From positions 69,470 through 133,469 of the forward strand of contig AP029158.1 of the NCBI GenBank assembly GCA_037076615.1: a DNA stretch of 64,000 nt, given 5' to 3'. The stretch comes from Candidatus Parcubacteria bacterium (lineage in GTDB: Bacteria; Patescibacteriota; Patescibacteriia; Patescibacteriales; UBA12465). Below the pieces are notes generated by a model. The model saw only the letters and a program-made list of their open reading frames with translations. It searched no databases and had not been told where the DNA came from. A program made the position numbers and the translations under genes. Positions 26,701 through 35,283 of the stretch are shown piece by piece (positions within the stretch are counted from its first letter, which is position 1; every line of letters starts with the position of its first letter).

Positions 26701-27643
26701 CCCGAAGAAAAAAGCTTTAATTTCGGATGTTGCTGGTAAAGTTAAGATTGAGTTTGATCAAAAAATAATTCGTGATAAGGACGGTAAAGAAATTCTCGTT
26801 GATAATCCGCAGTCCAAACTCTTGTCAATTACCTATCAAGGAACGGACAGTGATAAGTATTATTTTTCTGAGAAAATTAATGAGATCAAGTTGTCTTCCG
26901 GGGCGACTACTAAAACTGGAAAAAAGAAATTAGAAGTTAAAGTTTTAGTGACCGAAGGTCAGGCAGTCAAGGCGGGCGCCGAGTTATTTAAAGTCGGTGC
27001 CGAGGTGGTCAAAGCCAAGACGGCTGGCGTGGCTTCCGTTACGGACAAATATGTCGCTTTAGTAAAAGAGGTAAAAAAAGTTAAAGAGCATCACATCTTA
27101 AAAGGCACGATGTTGCTAGTTAAGGATGGTGAGGAGATCGAAATTGGCCAGCAATTAACCGAGGGCAGTTTAGACTTGCGCGAACTTTTCAAATTGAAGG
27201 GGCGCCTCGAAACCCAAAAATACATCATCAAAGAAATTCAATACGTTTATTCTTCTCAAGGACAATTCTTAAATGATAAGCACGTTGAAATTATTGCTCG
27301 GCAAATGTTCTCTCGTTATTTCGTTAAGGAGTCAGGCAAAACTAATCTGCTCTCCGGAGAAACAGTGGAGGCGGAAGTTTTATACCGATCCAATAAGGAG
27401 GTTAAAAAGCTAGCCGTGGCCGATCGTCTTCTGATGGGCATCACCAAAGCCTCTCTCACCACTGACAGCTTCTTGTCGGCGGCGTCTTTCCAGGAGACTC
27501 CACGAGTCTTAATTGAAGCAGCGGTTTCTGGAAAAGTTGATTACTTAGATGGTTTGAAAGAAAACGTGATTATTGGTCGTTTAATTCCGGCCGGGACTGG
27601 TTACCGAGGTAATCGGGAGCGTCCGAAATTAGTGTCTAAATAA
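23717..27643 (+). CDS. rpoC: DNA-directed RNA polymerase subunit beta'
   Basis: 1308 aa. It has the zinc ribbon CACGKY...CDKCGVEV, the catalytic NADFDGDQMAVH, the bridge-helix and trigger-loop regions, and GTQLTMRTFHTGGVA. Confidence 0.97.
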   Translation: MLNPIKTSDFDAIRLKLASPEEILSWSHGEVTKPETINYRTQKPEKDGLFCEKIFGPTKDWECACGKYKKIRYKGIVCDKCGVEVTRSVVRRERMGHIELQIPCTHIWFLRGISSKIGLLLNLGIQSLEKVIYFASFIVTSVDEDLKEATIEQIKQEYKSKRKNIDSDYKEALKRFKEAPKDGEDEKSLAANHNDRVATLDEDFAATLKELKDLKPLLVISEQQYQNLSLKFGHIFEAGIGAEAIRDLLSKIDLEKSVTKLEAKFETALESKKEKMTKRLKLLKSLANNNIRPEWMIVTTLPVVPPDLRPMVALDGGRFAASDLNDLYRRVINRNNRLKQLMDLNAPEVICRNEKRMLQEAVDALIDNSARHSKTVTASTGQKRQLKSLADALKGKQGRFRQNLLGKRVDYSGRSVIVVNPKLNLDECGLPKIMALELFKPYIIAELIKREVVHNVRSASRYIEAGHDEVWDILEETVADAFVLLNRAPTLHRLGIQAFKPVLIEGKAIQIHPLVCTAFNADFDGDQMAVHVPLTKEARREAEEIMLSSHNLLKPATGEPIVTPSQDIIWGAYYITFEDKESAKRPDKELRYFYDADEANLAYSNNYIGLHETILVNWSGQRLRTTVGRLIFNLILPEKLRFVNEVVNKGKIKDLIKDCLRWYSEEETVKFIDDLKNHSFAFITKSGLSWGFGDLPDIKEKDVLIEEATKKVDLIQEQYEEGLLTDSERYAKVIEEWTNTKDQIADICKASLTNSLPVFSMIDSGARGSWAQPVQILGMKGLVTSPSGAIIELPVKGNFKEGFGVLEYFFSTHATRKGLSDTALRTANAGYLTRRLVDVAQDVIVAEDDCGDTEGFLITRAEADKNGEDFFKKIGGRYLAADLLDGKGKKIIAAGEILDEKAILLAKEKGVTEANIRSVLSCHLHKGVCVKCYGNDLAYNKPVKLGATVGIIAAQSIGEPGTQLTMRTFHTGGVAGSDDITQGLPRVEEIFESRTPKKKALISDVAGKVKIEFDQKIIRDKDGKEILVDNPQSKLLSITYQGTDSDKYYFSEKINEIKLSSGATTKTGKKKLEVKVLVTEGQAVKAGAELFKVGAEVVKAKTAGVASVTDKYVALVKEVKKVKEHHILKGTMLLVKDGEEIEIGQQLTEGSLDLRELFKLKGRLETQKYIIKEIQYVYSSQGQFLNDKHVEIIARQMFSRYFVKESGKTNLLSGETVEAEVLYRSNKEVKKLAVADRLLMGITKASLTTDSFLSAASFQETPRVLIEAAVSGKVDYLDGLKENVIIGRLIPAGTGYRGNRERPKLVSK

Positions 27644-27655
27644 AGAATCTTACTA

Positions 27656-27682
27656 AGCGGCCCCTCAGGGGCCGCTTTCGTT
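27656..27682 (+). terminator. hairpin terminator after rpoC
   Basis: agcggcccc-tca-ggggccgct forms a 9-bp GC-rich stem (27656-27676), followed by ttcgtt. The T-run is weak. Confidence 0.5.
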
Positions 27683-27714
27683 AAAAAACAAAGAAATTAA
27701 GTGCCTGTTTTCGG

Positions 27715-27743
27715 TTGTCTTTTAAGTCTAAATAGCTTAAAAT
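27715..27743 (+). promoter_or_regulatory. candidate promoter for the 490-aa/murJ gene group
   Basis: TTGTCT (27715-27720), a 17-nt spacer, then TAAAAT (27738-27743), a few nt upstream of ATG 27750. This may be a short-leader or leaderless mRNA. Confidence 0.3.
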
Positions 27744-27749
27744 AACAGC

Positions 27750-29222
27750 ATGTCTTTATCGCGTCGCCACTGTTTTTTCGGAGTCTTTTGGCTTATTTTA
27801 GCCCTCTTTATTTTGGTGGCGAAAATTATTCCTAGTGGTCGGGTGAGTTATGAAGTTGATTATCACCATTTAAGTCGTCCTTTGGGGGGCAAGGGTTTTA
27901 TTGGCCACCTAACTCCGGCTGAGCGAGTGAGTCAGGAGGCAAAAGAACCGGCTTTAGTTGGTGGTGATCCAGTTTATTTTTCTGTTTTTACGCCGCGAAC
28001 TTTTTCTGAGGCGAAAGTCACAATTACTTATCGTGACGAACTCACTCCTAATACGCCGGTAATTGAAGCTGGCGTTTTGGTCGATAATTTAGTTTGGCGT
28101 TATTTAACCAAGCCTTTGGAAAATAAAACTCTAGATTCGTTGAAGGACTGGTCTTTAGTTTCCGACGGGGAGCGATCTTTGTATCAAAAAAACCCCAACT
28201 TCTCCTCAGTCGCCGATTTTATTGAGACGGCTACTAAAAACCCTGAAGAGATTTGCCCGGACGGCAACCTCAATTCTTGTTTAGCTTTGTATAATCCGCC
28301 CGCTCTAGATTTCCTACAAAAAAGAATACCAGGGCCAACGCTAGATTTTGTTCCTTGGACGGTTCCTTTAAGAGGTACTCACCAATTTTATTTTACCGCG
28401 CCCACTAATCAGGAATTATTTTTTTCTTTTATCTTGGCGGACTTAAATTTGGATAAGCGCGACGATCCCGTTCATTTAATAGTTTACGAGGGTAGTCAGA
28501 TAATTTGTCAAAGTAAAATTGAGGATAATGATGGAGGCGAGGGAGAAGGCGAGGTCCAAACAAAAACTGCTACGCTTACGTGCCCGCCTTTACTGAATCA
28601 AGAAACTTTAAAATTGGAAGTCAAAGGCAGCTCCGATTTGGTGATTAAGGAAATCAGCGCGGCGCCGGGGGCCTTAAATTTTGTCGGCCGGGTTTATCCG
28701 GTCGAAGCAGAAGTATTACCTTTGGAATTTTGGACCGACCGCAATTTAATTAGTTTAACAACCGTCAATCCGGCCAGTCGACAAGAAATTACTTTTGGCG
28801 ATCAGGAATTTTCTTTAGCCGAACCCTATGAGCGCTATGAGTTTGCTAATCAAGATCCCGGTTTAAAAAAGGTTACTTTAACGAAGGTCGATGTGATTTT
28901 AGAGACTGGTGGCGTTTTAGCACCGCAGGCTGAGACTTTCTTCAATCCTGATTTTGATGTTTTAAGTCGTTATTTTTCTCTAAATGAAGAAACTACCTAT
29001 ATTCTCGCCGCTTACCAACCGCCACTTTTTCGAACCGATGGCTTAAAGGAGGCGACGGTGACTTTCAATACTCAAGCTGCCTATCGCGAGAATGGTAAAT
29101 ATAGTTTTATGATTTCTATTCCCGGTTTAGCGCCAGCTGATTCAGGTCAATTAGTGATTGAAAAAATAAAAGTTGAATTTACCGGCCGCAGTCTGCTAGA
29201 AAAATTAAGTGATTTTTTTTAA
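27750..29222 (+). CDS. hypothetical N-terminally anchored extracytoplasmic protein (490 aa)
   Basis: It has a single N-terminal TM (FFGVFWLILALFILVAKII) followed by about 460 aa of mixed beta-like sequence with no motif I recognise. The stop is immediately followed by the next small ORF and then murJ. Confidence 0.55.
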   Translation: MSLSRRHCFFGVFWLILALFILVAKIIPSGRVSYEVDYHHLSRPLGGKGFIGHLTPAERVSQEAKEPALVGGDPVYFSVFTPRTFSEAKVTITYRDELTPNTPVIEAGVLVDNLVWRYLTKPLENKTLDSLKDWSLVSDGERSLYQKNPNFSSVADFIETATKNPEEICPDGNLNSCLALYNPPALDFLQKRIPGPTLDFVPWTVPLRGTHQFYFTAPTNQELFFSFILADLNLDKRDDPVHLIVYEGSQIICQSKIEDNDGGEGEGEVQTKTATLTCPPLLNQETLKLEVKGSSDLVIKEISAAPGALNFVGRVYPVEAEVLPLEFWTDRNLISLTTVNPASRQEITFGDQEFSLAEPYERYEFANQDPGLKKVTLTKVDVILETGGVLAPQAETFFNPDFDVLSRYFSLNEETTYILAAYQPPLFRTDGLKEATVTFNTQAAYRENGKYSFMISIPGLAPADSGQLVIEKIKVEFTGRSLLEKLSDFF

Positions 29223-29223
29223 T

Positions 29224-29403
29224 ATGAGACGTTTAAGCTCCAAAACCCGCTCGCGGCTAACCGATGTTTTTATTTTTTTTAGTGGAGCAATCATTGTAAT
29301 GGTTTTTTTTGAATTAATTTGGCCTAATAGTGTTCTGGCTTTCTTTAATCTAAATTATGCCGTTTTAGCTTGGTTAATTTTGGGTCTAATTCTTTTATTC
29401 TAA
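29224..29403 (+). CDS. small membrane protein (59 aa)
   Basis: Two hydrophobic helices (VFIFFSGAIIVMVFF and AVLAWLILGLILLF). The ATG is 1 nt after the upstream stop, and the murJ ATG is 1 nt after its own stop. Confidence 0.4.
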   Translation: MRRLSSKTRSRLTDVFIFFSGAIIVMVFFELIWPNSVLAFFNLNYAVLAWLILGLILLF

Positions 29404-29404
29404 T

Positions 29405-31069
29405 ATGAAATTCTGGCATCAAATTTTTCTTCCAAAAATATTTCAGCAAAAAATTAACAGTATCACCGTGGCGGCTGCCTTGGTAGCGATTTCCTCTTTA
29501 CTCTCTCGCCTCTTAGGTTTGTTTCGTGATCGTATTTTAGCTAGCCATATTGGTCCGGGGCCGGAGTTAGATATTTATTTTGCCGCTTTTCGTATTCCTG
29601 ACTTGCTTTATAATTTAGTGGTTTTAGGGGCTCTCTCGGCTGGTTTTATTCCAATTTTCTCGCGCCTAATTAAAGATTCTAATCCTAAAAAACCGGAAGA
29701 TAATCGTGAAGCCTGGGCTTTGGTTAACAATGTTTTAAATGTTTTGAGCCTAGTTTTAATTGTCTTAGGTATTATCGGGGTTATCTTTGCGCCGACGTTA
29801 ATGAAGTTGGTAGCGCCAGGGTTTACTCCCGAAAATCAAGCTCGGGCGGCCACTTTAACCAGAATTATGTTTTTGTCGCCCTTGCTGTTGGGGATCTCCG
29901 GAATTGTTGGCGCCACCCTGCAATCTTTTAAACGTTTTTTTTCTTATTCGCTGTCGCCAATTTTTTATAATTTAGGAATTATCCTTGGCGCTCTATGGTT
30001 AATTAATTACTGGGGGCTGGTCGGTTTAGCCTGGGGTGTGGTTTTGGGTGCTCTTTTTCATCTTTTGGTACAGCTACCAGCCTTATTTAATCTTGGTTTC
30101 CGTTATCAGCCGCTTATAAATTGGCGTGATAAGAACTTAAAGCAGATCGGTCGCCTTATGGTGCCGCGCACCCTTAGCCTAGCTCTTGGCCAAATTGATC
30201 TTTTAGTAATTACTTCCATTGCCTCTGGTTTAACGGCAGGATCTTTGACGATTTTTACTCTGGCTAATAATCTACAATCTTTTCCGGTAGGAATTTTTGG
30301 CGTCTCTTTTGCGGTTGCGGCTTTTCCGACTTTAGCCCAATACGCCAATGACAAGAAAAATTTAGAGGCTAGTTTCTCAGCGACCTTCCGACGGATTTTA
30401 TTTTTTGTTATCCCGTCGACCGTTTTATTAATTACTTTGCGCGCCCAAATTGTGCGTGTCGTTTTTGGTGCCGGCGTCTTTTCTTGGGAAGATACGGTTT
30501 TAACCATGAATGCTTTGGCTTTATTTTCTTTAAGTTTGTTCGCTCAGGCCTCAATCCCCCTACTGGTGAGAGTTTTTTATGCTCGTCAGGATTCAAAAAC
30601 GCCTTTCTTTATTAGTTTTTTAGCAACGGCCGTCAATATTATTTTAGCCCTCTTTTTATCTGGTCGTTACGGTGTTTTAGGTCTACCAACCGCCTTTTCT
30701 ATTGCTAGTATTTTTAACTTCCTCCTCCTTTGGTTCTATTTAATTTTCAAAGTCGGGAGTTTTGATTTGTCGCGAATCGCTGTTTCGGCTTTTAAATTTT
30801 CTGTGGCGGCTATTGGCACCGGGGCGGCCATCCAGATTACTAAGCAAATAGTGGGGAGTTCGGTGGATATGACCACTTTTATCGGCGTCTTCGTTCAGCT
30901 TTGTCTGTCGGCTTTGTCGGGGGTCGCGATTTATCTTTTAAGCTGTTATCTCTTGCGCAGTGAGGAATTTTTTGGTTTACTGGATTCCTGGCGCCAACGA
31001 GGTAAGTTAAATCCCGCCCGAGTATCGGTTTCAGTGGCGGAGGCGGAATTAGAAAACCAACGGAAGTAA
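29405..31069 (+). CDS. murJ: lipid II flippase MurJ/MviN
   Basis: 554 aa and polytopic. The N-terminal motif is SLLSRLLGLFRDRILASHIGPGPELDIYFAAFRIPDLLYNL. The roughly 14 hydrophobic segments are typical of MurJ. Confidence 0.85.
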   Translation: MKFWHQIFLPKIFQQKINSITVAAALVAISSLLSRLLGLFRDRILASHIGPGPELDIYFAAFRIPDLLYNLVVLGALSAGFIPIFSRLIKDSNPKKPEDNREAWALVNNVLNVLSLVLIVLGIIGVIFAPTLMKLVAPGFTPENQARAATLTRIMFLSPLLLGISGIVGATLQSFKRFFSYSLSPIFYNLGIILGALWLINYWGLVGLAWGVVLGALFHLLVQLPALFNLGFRYQPLINWRDKNLKQIGRLMVPRTLSLALGQIDLLVITSIASGLTAGSLTIFTLANNLQSFPVGIFGVSFAVAAFPTLAQYANDKKNLEASFSATFRRILFFVIPSTVLLITLRAQIVRVVFGAGVFSWEDTVLTMNALALFSLSLFAQASIPLLVRVFYARQDSKTPFFISFLATAVNIILALFLSGRYGVLGLPTAFSIASIFNFLLLWFYLIFKVGSFDLSRIAVSAFKFSVAAIGTGAAIQITKQIVGSSVDMTTFIGVFVQLCLSALSGVAIYLLSCYLLRSEEFFGLLDSWRQRGKLNPARVSVSVAEAELENQRK

Positions 31070-31090
31070 GTTTTAATAAATTATTTTTTC

Positions 31091-32890
31091 ATGACTAACC
31101 TGGATAAAATTAGAAATTTTTGTATTATTGCTCACATTGATCACGGTAAGTCTACTTTGGCTGACCGGATGTTAGAGGTTACCGAAACGGTGGACAAGCG
31201 GCAGATGAAGCAGCAGTTACTTGATGGCATGGATTTGGAGCGAGAGCGAGGCATTACTATCAAGTTGCAACCGGTGACGATGCAATACCAAGGCTATCAG
31301 TTGAATTTAATTGATACGCCCGGACATGTGGACTTTTCTTATGAAGTTTCGCGATCTTTGGCGGCTGTTGAAACCGCGGTTTTGTTAGTGGATGCCACCC
31401 AAGGCATTCAAGCCCAAACCTTAGCCAATCTTTATTTGGCCTTAGAACAAAATCTGACCATTATTCCGGTGATTAATAAAATTGACTTACCAGCGGCCGA
31501 CATTCCAAAAACAAAAGCAGAGCTAGTTAAATTATTAGGTTGCCAGTCGGAAGAAATTTTAAGTTGTTCCGGTAAAACCGGGGTGGGGGTGGCCGAAGTT
31601 TTGCAAACGGTTATTGACAGTGGCGAAGCGCCGCGACCAACAGCGTTAACATTACCGCGCGCACTGATTTTTGATTCCAAGTATGATGAATATAAAGGCG
31701 TGGTGGCTTACGTTCGTATTTTTGATGGGGCCCTTAAAAAAGGCGATAAGATAAAACTTTTAGCGACCGGAGCAACTTCGGAAGTTTTAGATATTGGCAT
31801 TTTTAAGCCCAGTTATCACTCGACTGATATTTTGGCGACCGGCAGTATTGGTTATGTGGTGACTGGCTTTAAGCAAGTTGATGACTGTCGCGTGGGCGAT
31901 ACGATGACAATAGTTAGCTCCGACAAGATTGACCCCCTGGCTGGCTACAAAGAAGTAAAGCCGATGGTCTTTGCCGGTATTTTCCCGAGTGCGGGTACGG
32001 ATTTACAAGATTTGCGCGAGGCCTTAGAAAAATTAAAACTTAATGATGCCGCTCTAGTTTATGAGCCGGAGCAATCCGATGCTATGGGGGTGGGTTTTCG
32101 CTGCGGTTTTTTAGGACTGCTGCATTTAGAAATTTTTCAAGAGCGTTTGCGCCGGGAGTATAACTTATCTTTACTGGTCACTGTCCCCAGTGTTGCTTAT
32201 AAAGCGGTTTTAAAAGGGGGCGAGGAAATCGTGGTTAGAACGCCGCAACGATTACCGGAGCCCAATGTTTTAGAATCCATTACCGAGCCTTTCGTTTCTT
32301 TAGATATTGTTACGCCGCAAAAATATTTAGGCGGAATCATGTCTTTGACTCAAGAAAAGCGCGGTATTTATAAAAATACCGAATATATTTTGGTGGGCGA
32401 CGAAGAAGCGCGGGCGATTCTTCATTATGAGATTCCGATGTCCGCAATTTTAACGGACTATTATGATAAGATTAAAAGTGTTTCCGCCGGCTATGCTTCA
32501 ATTAACTATGAATTTTTAGAATATCGTTCGGCCGATGTGATAAAATTAGAAATAATGGTCGCGGAGGAACCGGTTGAATCTCTGGCGACGATTGTTTATC
32601 GCGATGAAGCTTATCGTCAGGGGCGAGAGGTGGTAGAGATTTTGAAGAAAAGTTTACCGCGGCAGATGTTTGCTATTAAGATTCAAGCCGCCATCGGTGG
32701 AAAAATTATTGCGGCCGATCGGATTAGCGCTTTACGAAAAGATGTGACTGCTAAATTATATGGCGGCGATTTAAGTCGAAAAACTAAACTCTTAGATAAG
32801 CAGAAAAAAGGCAAGAAAAAGATGATGAGTTTAGGACGGGGGCGAGTAACAATCCCTCCGGATACTTTTATTAAAATTTTAAAGAAATAG
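31091..32890 (+). CDS. lepA: translation elongation factor 4 (LepA)
   Basis: The G-domain has IIAHIDHGKSTLADR, DTPGHVDF and NKIDL. The LepA-specific C-terminus is KLYGGDLSRKTKLLDKQKKGKKKM. Confidence 0.95.
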   Translation: MTNLDKIRNFCIIAHIDHGKSTLADRMLEVTETVDKRQMKQQLLDGMDLERERGITIKLQPVTMQYQGYQLNLIDTPGHVDFSYEVSRSLAAVETAVLLVDATQGIQAQTLANLYLALEQNLTIIPVINKIDLPAADIPKTKAELVKLLGCQSEEILSCSGKTGVGVAEVLQTVIDSGEAPRPTALTLPRALIFDSKYDEYKGVVAYVRIFDGALKKGDKIKLLATGATSEVLDIGIFKPSYHSTDILATGSIGYVVTGFKQVDDCRVGDTMTIVSSDKIDPLAGYKEVKPMVFAGIFPSAGTDLQDLREALEKLKLNDAALVYEPEQSDAMGVGFRCGFLGLLHLEIFQERLRREYNLSLLVTVPSVAYKAVLKGGEEIVVRTPQRLPEPNVLESITEPFVSLDIVTPQKYLGGIMSLTQEKRGIYKNTEYILVGDEEARAILHYEIPMSAILTDYYDKIKSVSAGYASINYEFLEYRSADVIKLEIMVAEEPVESLATIVYRDEAYRQGREVVEILKKSLPRQMFAIKIQAAIGGKIIAADRISALRKDVTAKLYGGDLSRKTKLLDKQKKGKKKMMSLGRGRVTIPPDTFIKILKK

Positions 32891-32894
32891 GTCT

Positions 32895-32996
32895 ATGAAG
32901 AAAAAAGAACGTACCCGTATTCTCTGGATAGTCGTTTCCGTAATTGTAATCACGTCAATGATTTTTTTATCTTTGGGGTCGATGCTCGCCTTCTAA
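32895..32996 (+). CDS. candidate 33-aa single-TM micro-protein (below the ORF-track cutoff)
   Basis: Own translation gives MKKKERTRILWIVVSVIVITSMIFLSLGSMLAF*. It exactly fills the lepA-recJ gap: the ATG is 4 nt after the lepA stop, and its TAA abuts the recJ ATG (32997). Confidence 0.35.
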   Translation: MKKKERTRILWIVVSVIVITSMIFLSLGSMLAF

Positions 32997-34808
32997 ATGA
33001 CAACTCCAAAAAGTTTAAAAAAAAGGTGGCAATTAGAGCCACTGGTCCCAGCCGATTTTTTAGCTGCTGATTTTCCGGATTCGGCGCTTTTACGACAACT
33101 TCTTTTTAATCGTGGTTTTAAAGATTCGGGCGCGGCCCAGTCTTTTTTGACGAGGGTTTTGCCGGCCGATCAGGTTTTAGATATCGCCGGTGATCAGGAA
33201 TTTTTATTTTATGATCCTTTTCTGTTTAAGGACATGGCCGTGGCGGTAGCTTTAATTATTAAACACTTAAAAGCTCGGAACAAGATTGTTGTTTATGGTG
33301 ATTATGATGCCGACGGCGTGACGGCGGCCGCAATTTTGGTGGAAACTTTAAAAATTTTACACGCTGATGTTAGTGTTTATCTACCCGATAGAGTCAATGA
33401 GGGGTATGGTTTAAACTTACCCGCTCTAGAACGCTTAGCGTCTGAGGGTGCTAAGCTGGTGATCACGGTGGATAGCGGTATTCGCAACCGAACTGAAATT
33501 TTAGCTGCCCAAGCTTTAGGCTTAGAAGTCATTGTTACTGATCACCATGTCTTACCGGAGGAGCTCGCTGATTTACCCCCTTGTCCGATTATTAACCCTG
33601 CCAACAAAAATGATGATTACCCTTGGCGCTTTTTGGCGGGCGTGGGTGTAGCCTTCAAATTAGCCAGTGCTTTAATTTTTAAAGCTGAACTGCCACTTCT
33701 TCAGAAAAAATTAATTTTAGAAAAAAACTTGGATTTAGTGGCCGTGGGGACAGTGGCAGATATGGTTAGTTTATTGGGAGAAAATCGTTTGTTAGTGAAG
33801 TCTGGTTTAAACATTTTAAATCAAGGCAAGCGACTCGGTTTGGCCGAGCTAATTAAGGTTTCTCAAGGCCGCTCTAATTATCAAAAACCGCTAGAGGCTT
33901 GGAATTTAGGTTGGCAGTTAGCCCCGCGTCTTAATGCCGCCAGCCGCTTAGCTCATGCCAATAGTGCTTTTTGCTTACTGACGGCCACTGAAGAAATGGA
34001 AGCTCGCCGCCTAGCCGCCGAGTTAAATAATCGTAATCAAGAGCGGCAGCAAATTACCGAAATGATTGTGGCTCAAGTGGAGAAACAAATCGACCGTGAA
34101 AACTTACCCGCTATTATTATTGGAATCGCTCCAGAGGGTGAGGATTGGAATGAGGGGGTTATTGGCTTGGTTGCCGGTCGAATTTGTGAGCGCTATTATC
34201 GGCCAACTTTAATAATTTCCCGCCTTCATAATGAAACTGGTGTAACCTCTTTCAAGGGGTCGGGGCGCTCAATCAAGGAATTAAACCTAATCGCTGCCTT
34301 AACAGAGCAATCAAAATATTTAAGTAAGTTCGGCGGGCATCCGATGGCTTGCGGCTTCTCGATTGATGATGAGGACAACTTACAGGAATTTATTGTTAGT
34401 TTAAGCACAACCGTTAGTGAATTATTATCCGGTCAAGAGCTGTTGCCACTTTTAAGAATTGAAGCCGAATTAGCTTGGGAAGACTTAAATCTAGTTTTAG
34501 CTGAGAAATTAAAGCAGTTAGAGCCTTATGGGCAAGACAACCCGCAACCGAAGTTTGTTAGTTATAATGTTTTTGTATCTGATCTTATTTTTTTGGGGCA
34601 AGAAAATCAACATCTAAAACTGCGCCTGACCACAGAGACTAAACCGCACTATCTTTGGGGGCTCGCCTTTAATTCCGCGCTTAATTATCCAGATTTAGCT
34701 ATTGGCGATAAAATTGATATTGTTTATACTTTAGAAGTTAATGAGTTTAATGGACGGCGTGAGGCGCAATTAAAGATAGTTGATTTGCGTCCCAGCAGTA
34801 AAAATTAA
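32997..34808 (+). CDS. recJ: single-stranded-DNA-specific exonuclease RecJ
   Basis: DHH family motifs are present: VVYGDYDADGVTAAAIL, ITVDSGI, VTDHH and GGHPMACGF (DHHA1). Confidence 0.9.
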   Translation: MTTPKSLKKRWQLEPLVPADFLAADFPDSALLRQLLFNRGFKDSGAAQSFLTRVLPADQVLDIAGDQEFLFYDPFLFKDMAVAVALIIKHLKARNKIVVYGDYDADGVTAAAILVETLKILHADVSVYLPDRVNEGYGLNLPALERLASEGAKLVITVDSGIRNRTEILAAQALGLEVIVTDHHVLPEELADLPPCPIINPANKNDDYPWRFLAGVGVAFKLASALIFKAELPLLQKKLILEKNLDLVAVGTVADMVSLLGENRLLVKSGLNILNQGKRLGLAELIKVSQGRSNYQKPLEAWNLGWQLAPRLNAASRLAHANSAFCLLTATEEMEARRLAAELNNRNQERQQITEMIVAQVEKQIDRENLPAIIIGIAPEGEDWNEGVIGLVAGRICERYYRPTLIISRLHNETGVTSFKGSGRSIKELNLIAALTEQSKYLSKFGGHPMACGFSIDDEDNLQEFIVSLSTTVSELLSGQELLPLLRIEAELAWEDLNLVLAEKLKQLEPYGQDNPQPKFVSYNVFVSDLIFLGQENQHLKLRLTTETKPHYLWGLAFNSALNYPDLAIGDKIDIVYTLEVNEFNGRREAQLKIVDLRPSSKN

Positions 34809-34812
34809 TCCT

Positions 34813-35220
34813 ATGGCTAAAAAAATTATTATTCATAGTGATGGCGGCGCTCGAGGGAATCCCGGACCAGCAGGGATTGGCGCTATCTTAACAACGGAAG
34901 ATGGGGTGGTGGCAGCTGAGATTTCTCAGTATTTAGGTAGAGCCACCAACAATCAGGCAGAATATCGCGCTTTAATTACTGCCCTGGAAAAAGCTCAAGA
35001 ATTAAAAGCTGCGGAAGTTGACTGTTATTTAGATAGTGAGTTGGTAGTTAAACAGCTAAATCGTCAGTATAAAGTAAAAAATGCCGATTTGGCTCCTCTA
35101 TTTCTTAAAGTCCATAACCTGTCCTTAGGTTTTTCGCACTGTCGATTTTTTCATGTTCGGAGAGAGCTTAATAAAGAGGCGGATAAGTTAGCCAATCTGG
35201 CCATGGACCAGGCTTGTTGA
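34813..35220 (+). CDS. rnhA: ribonuclease HI family protein
   Basis: Sequence MAKKIIIHSDGGARGNPGPAGIG...NNQAEYRALITALE...DSELVVKQL...NKEADKLAN has the DEDD-type RNase H active-site pattern. The start is taken at ATG 34813 (the track ORF starts upstream inside recJ). Confidence 0.85.
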   Translation: MAKKIIIHSDGGARGNPGPAGIGAILTTEDGVVAAEISQYLGRATNNQAEYRALITALEKAQELKAAEVDCYLDSELVVKQLNRQYKVKNADLAPLFLKVHNLSLGFSHCRFFHVRRELNKEADKLANLAMDQAC

Positions 35221-35233
35221 AAAAGTTAATTAC

Positions 35234-35262
35234 AAAAGACCCGGATTATTTCCGGGTCTTTT
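35234..35262. terminator. bidirectional hairpin terminator between convergent rnhA and the OFOR/pilin operon
   Basis: aaaagacccgga-ttatt-tccgggtctttt forms an 8-bp GC-rich stem extended by four A:T pairs, with A/T runs on both sides. Confidence 0.7.
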
Positions 35263-35283
35263 ACTAAATACGTATAATAATTT

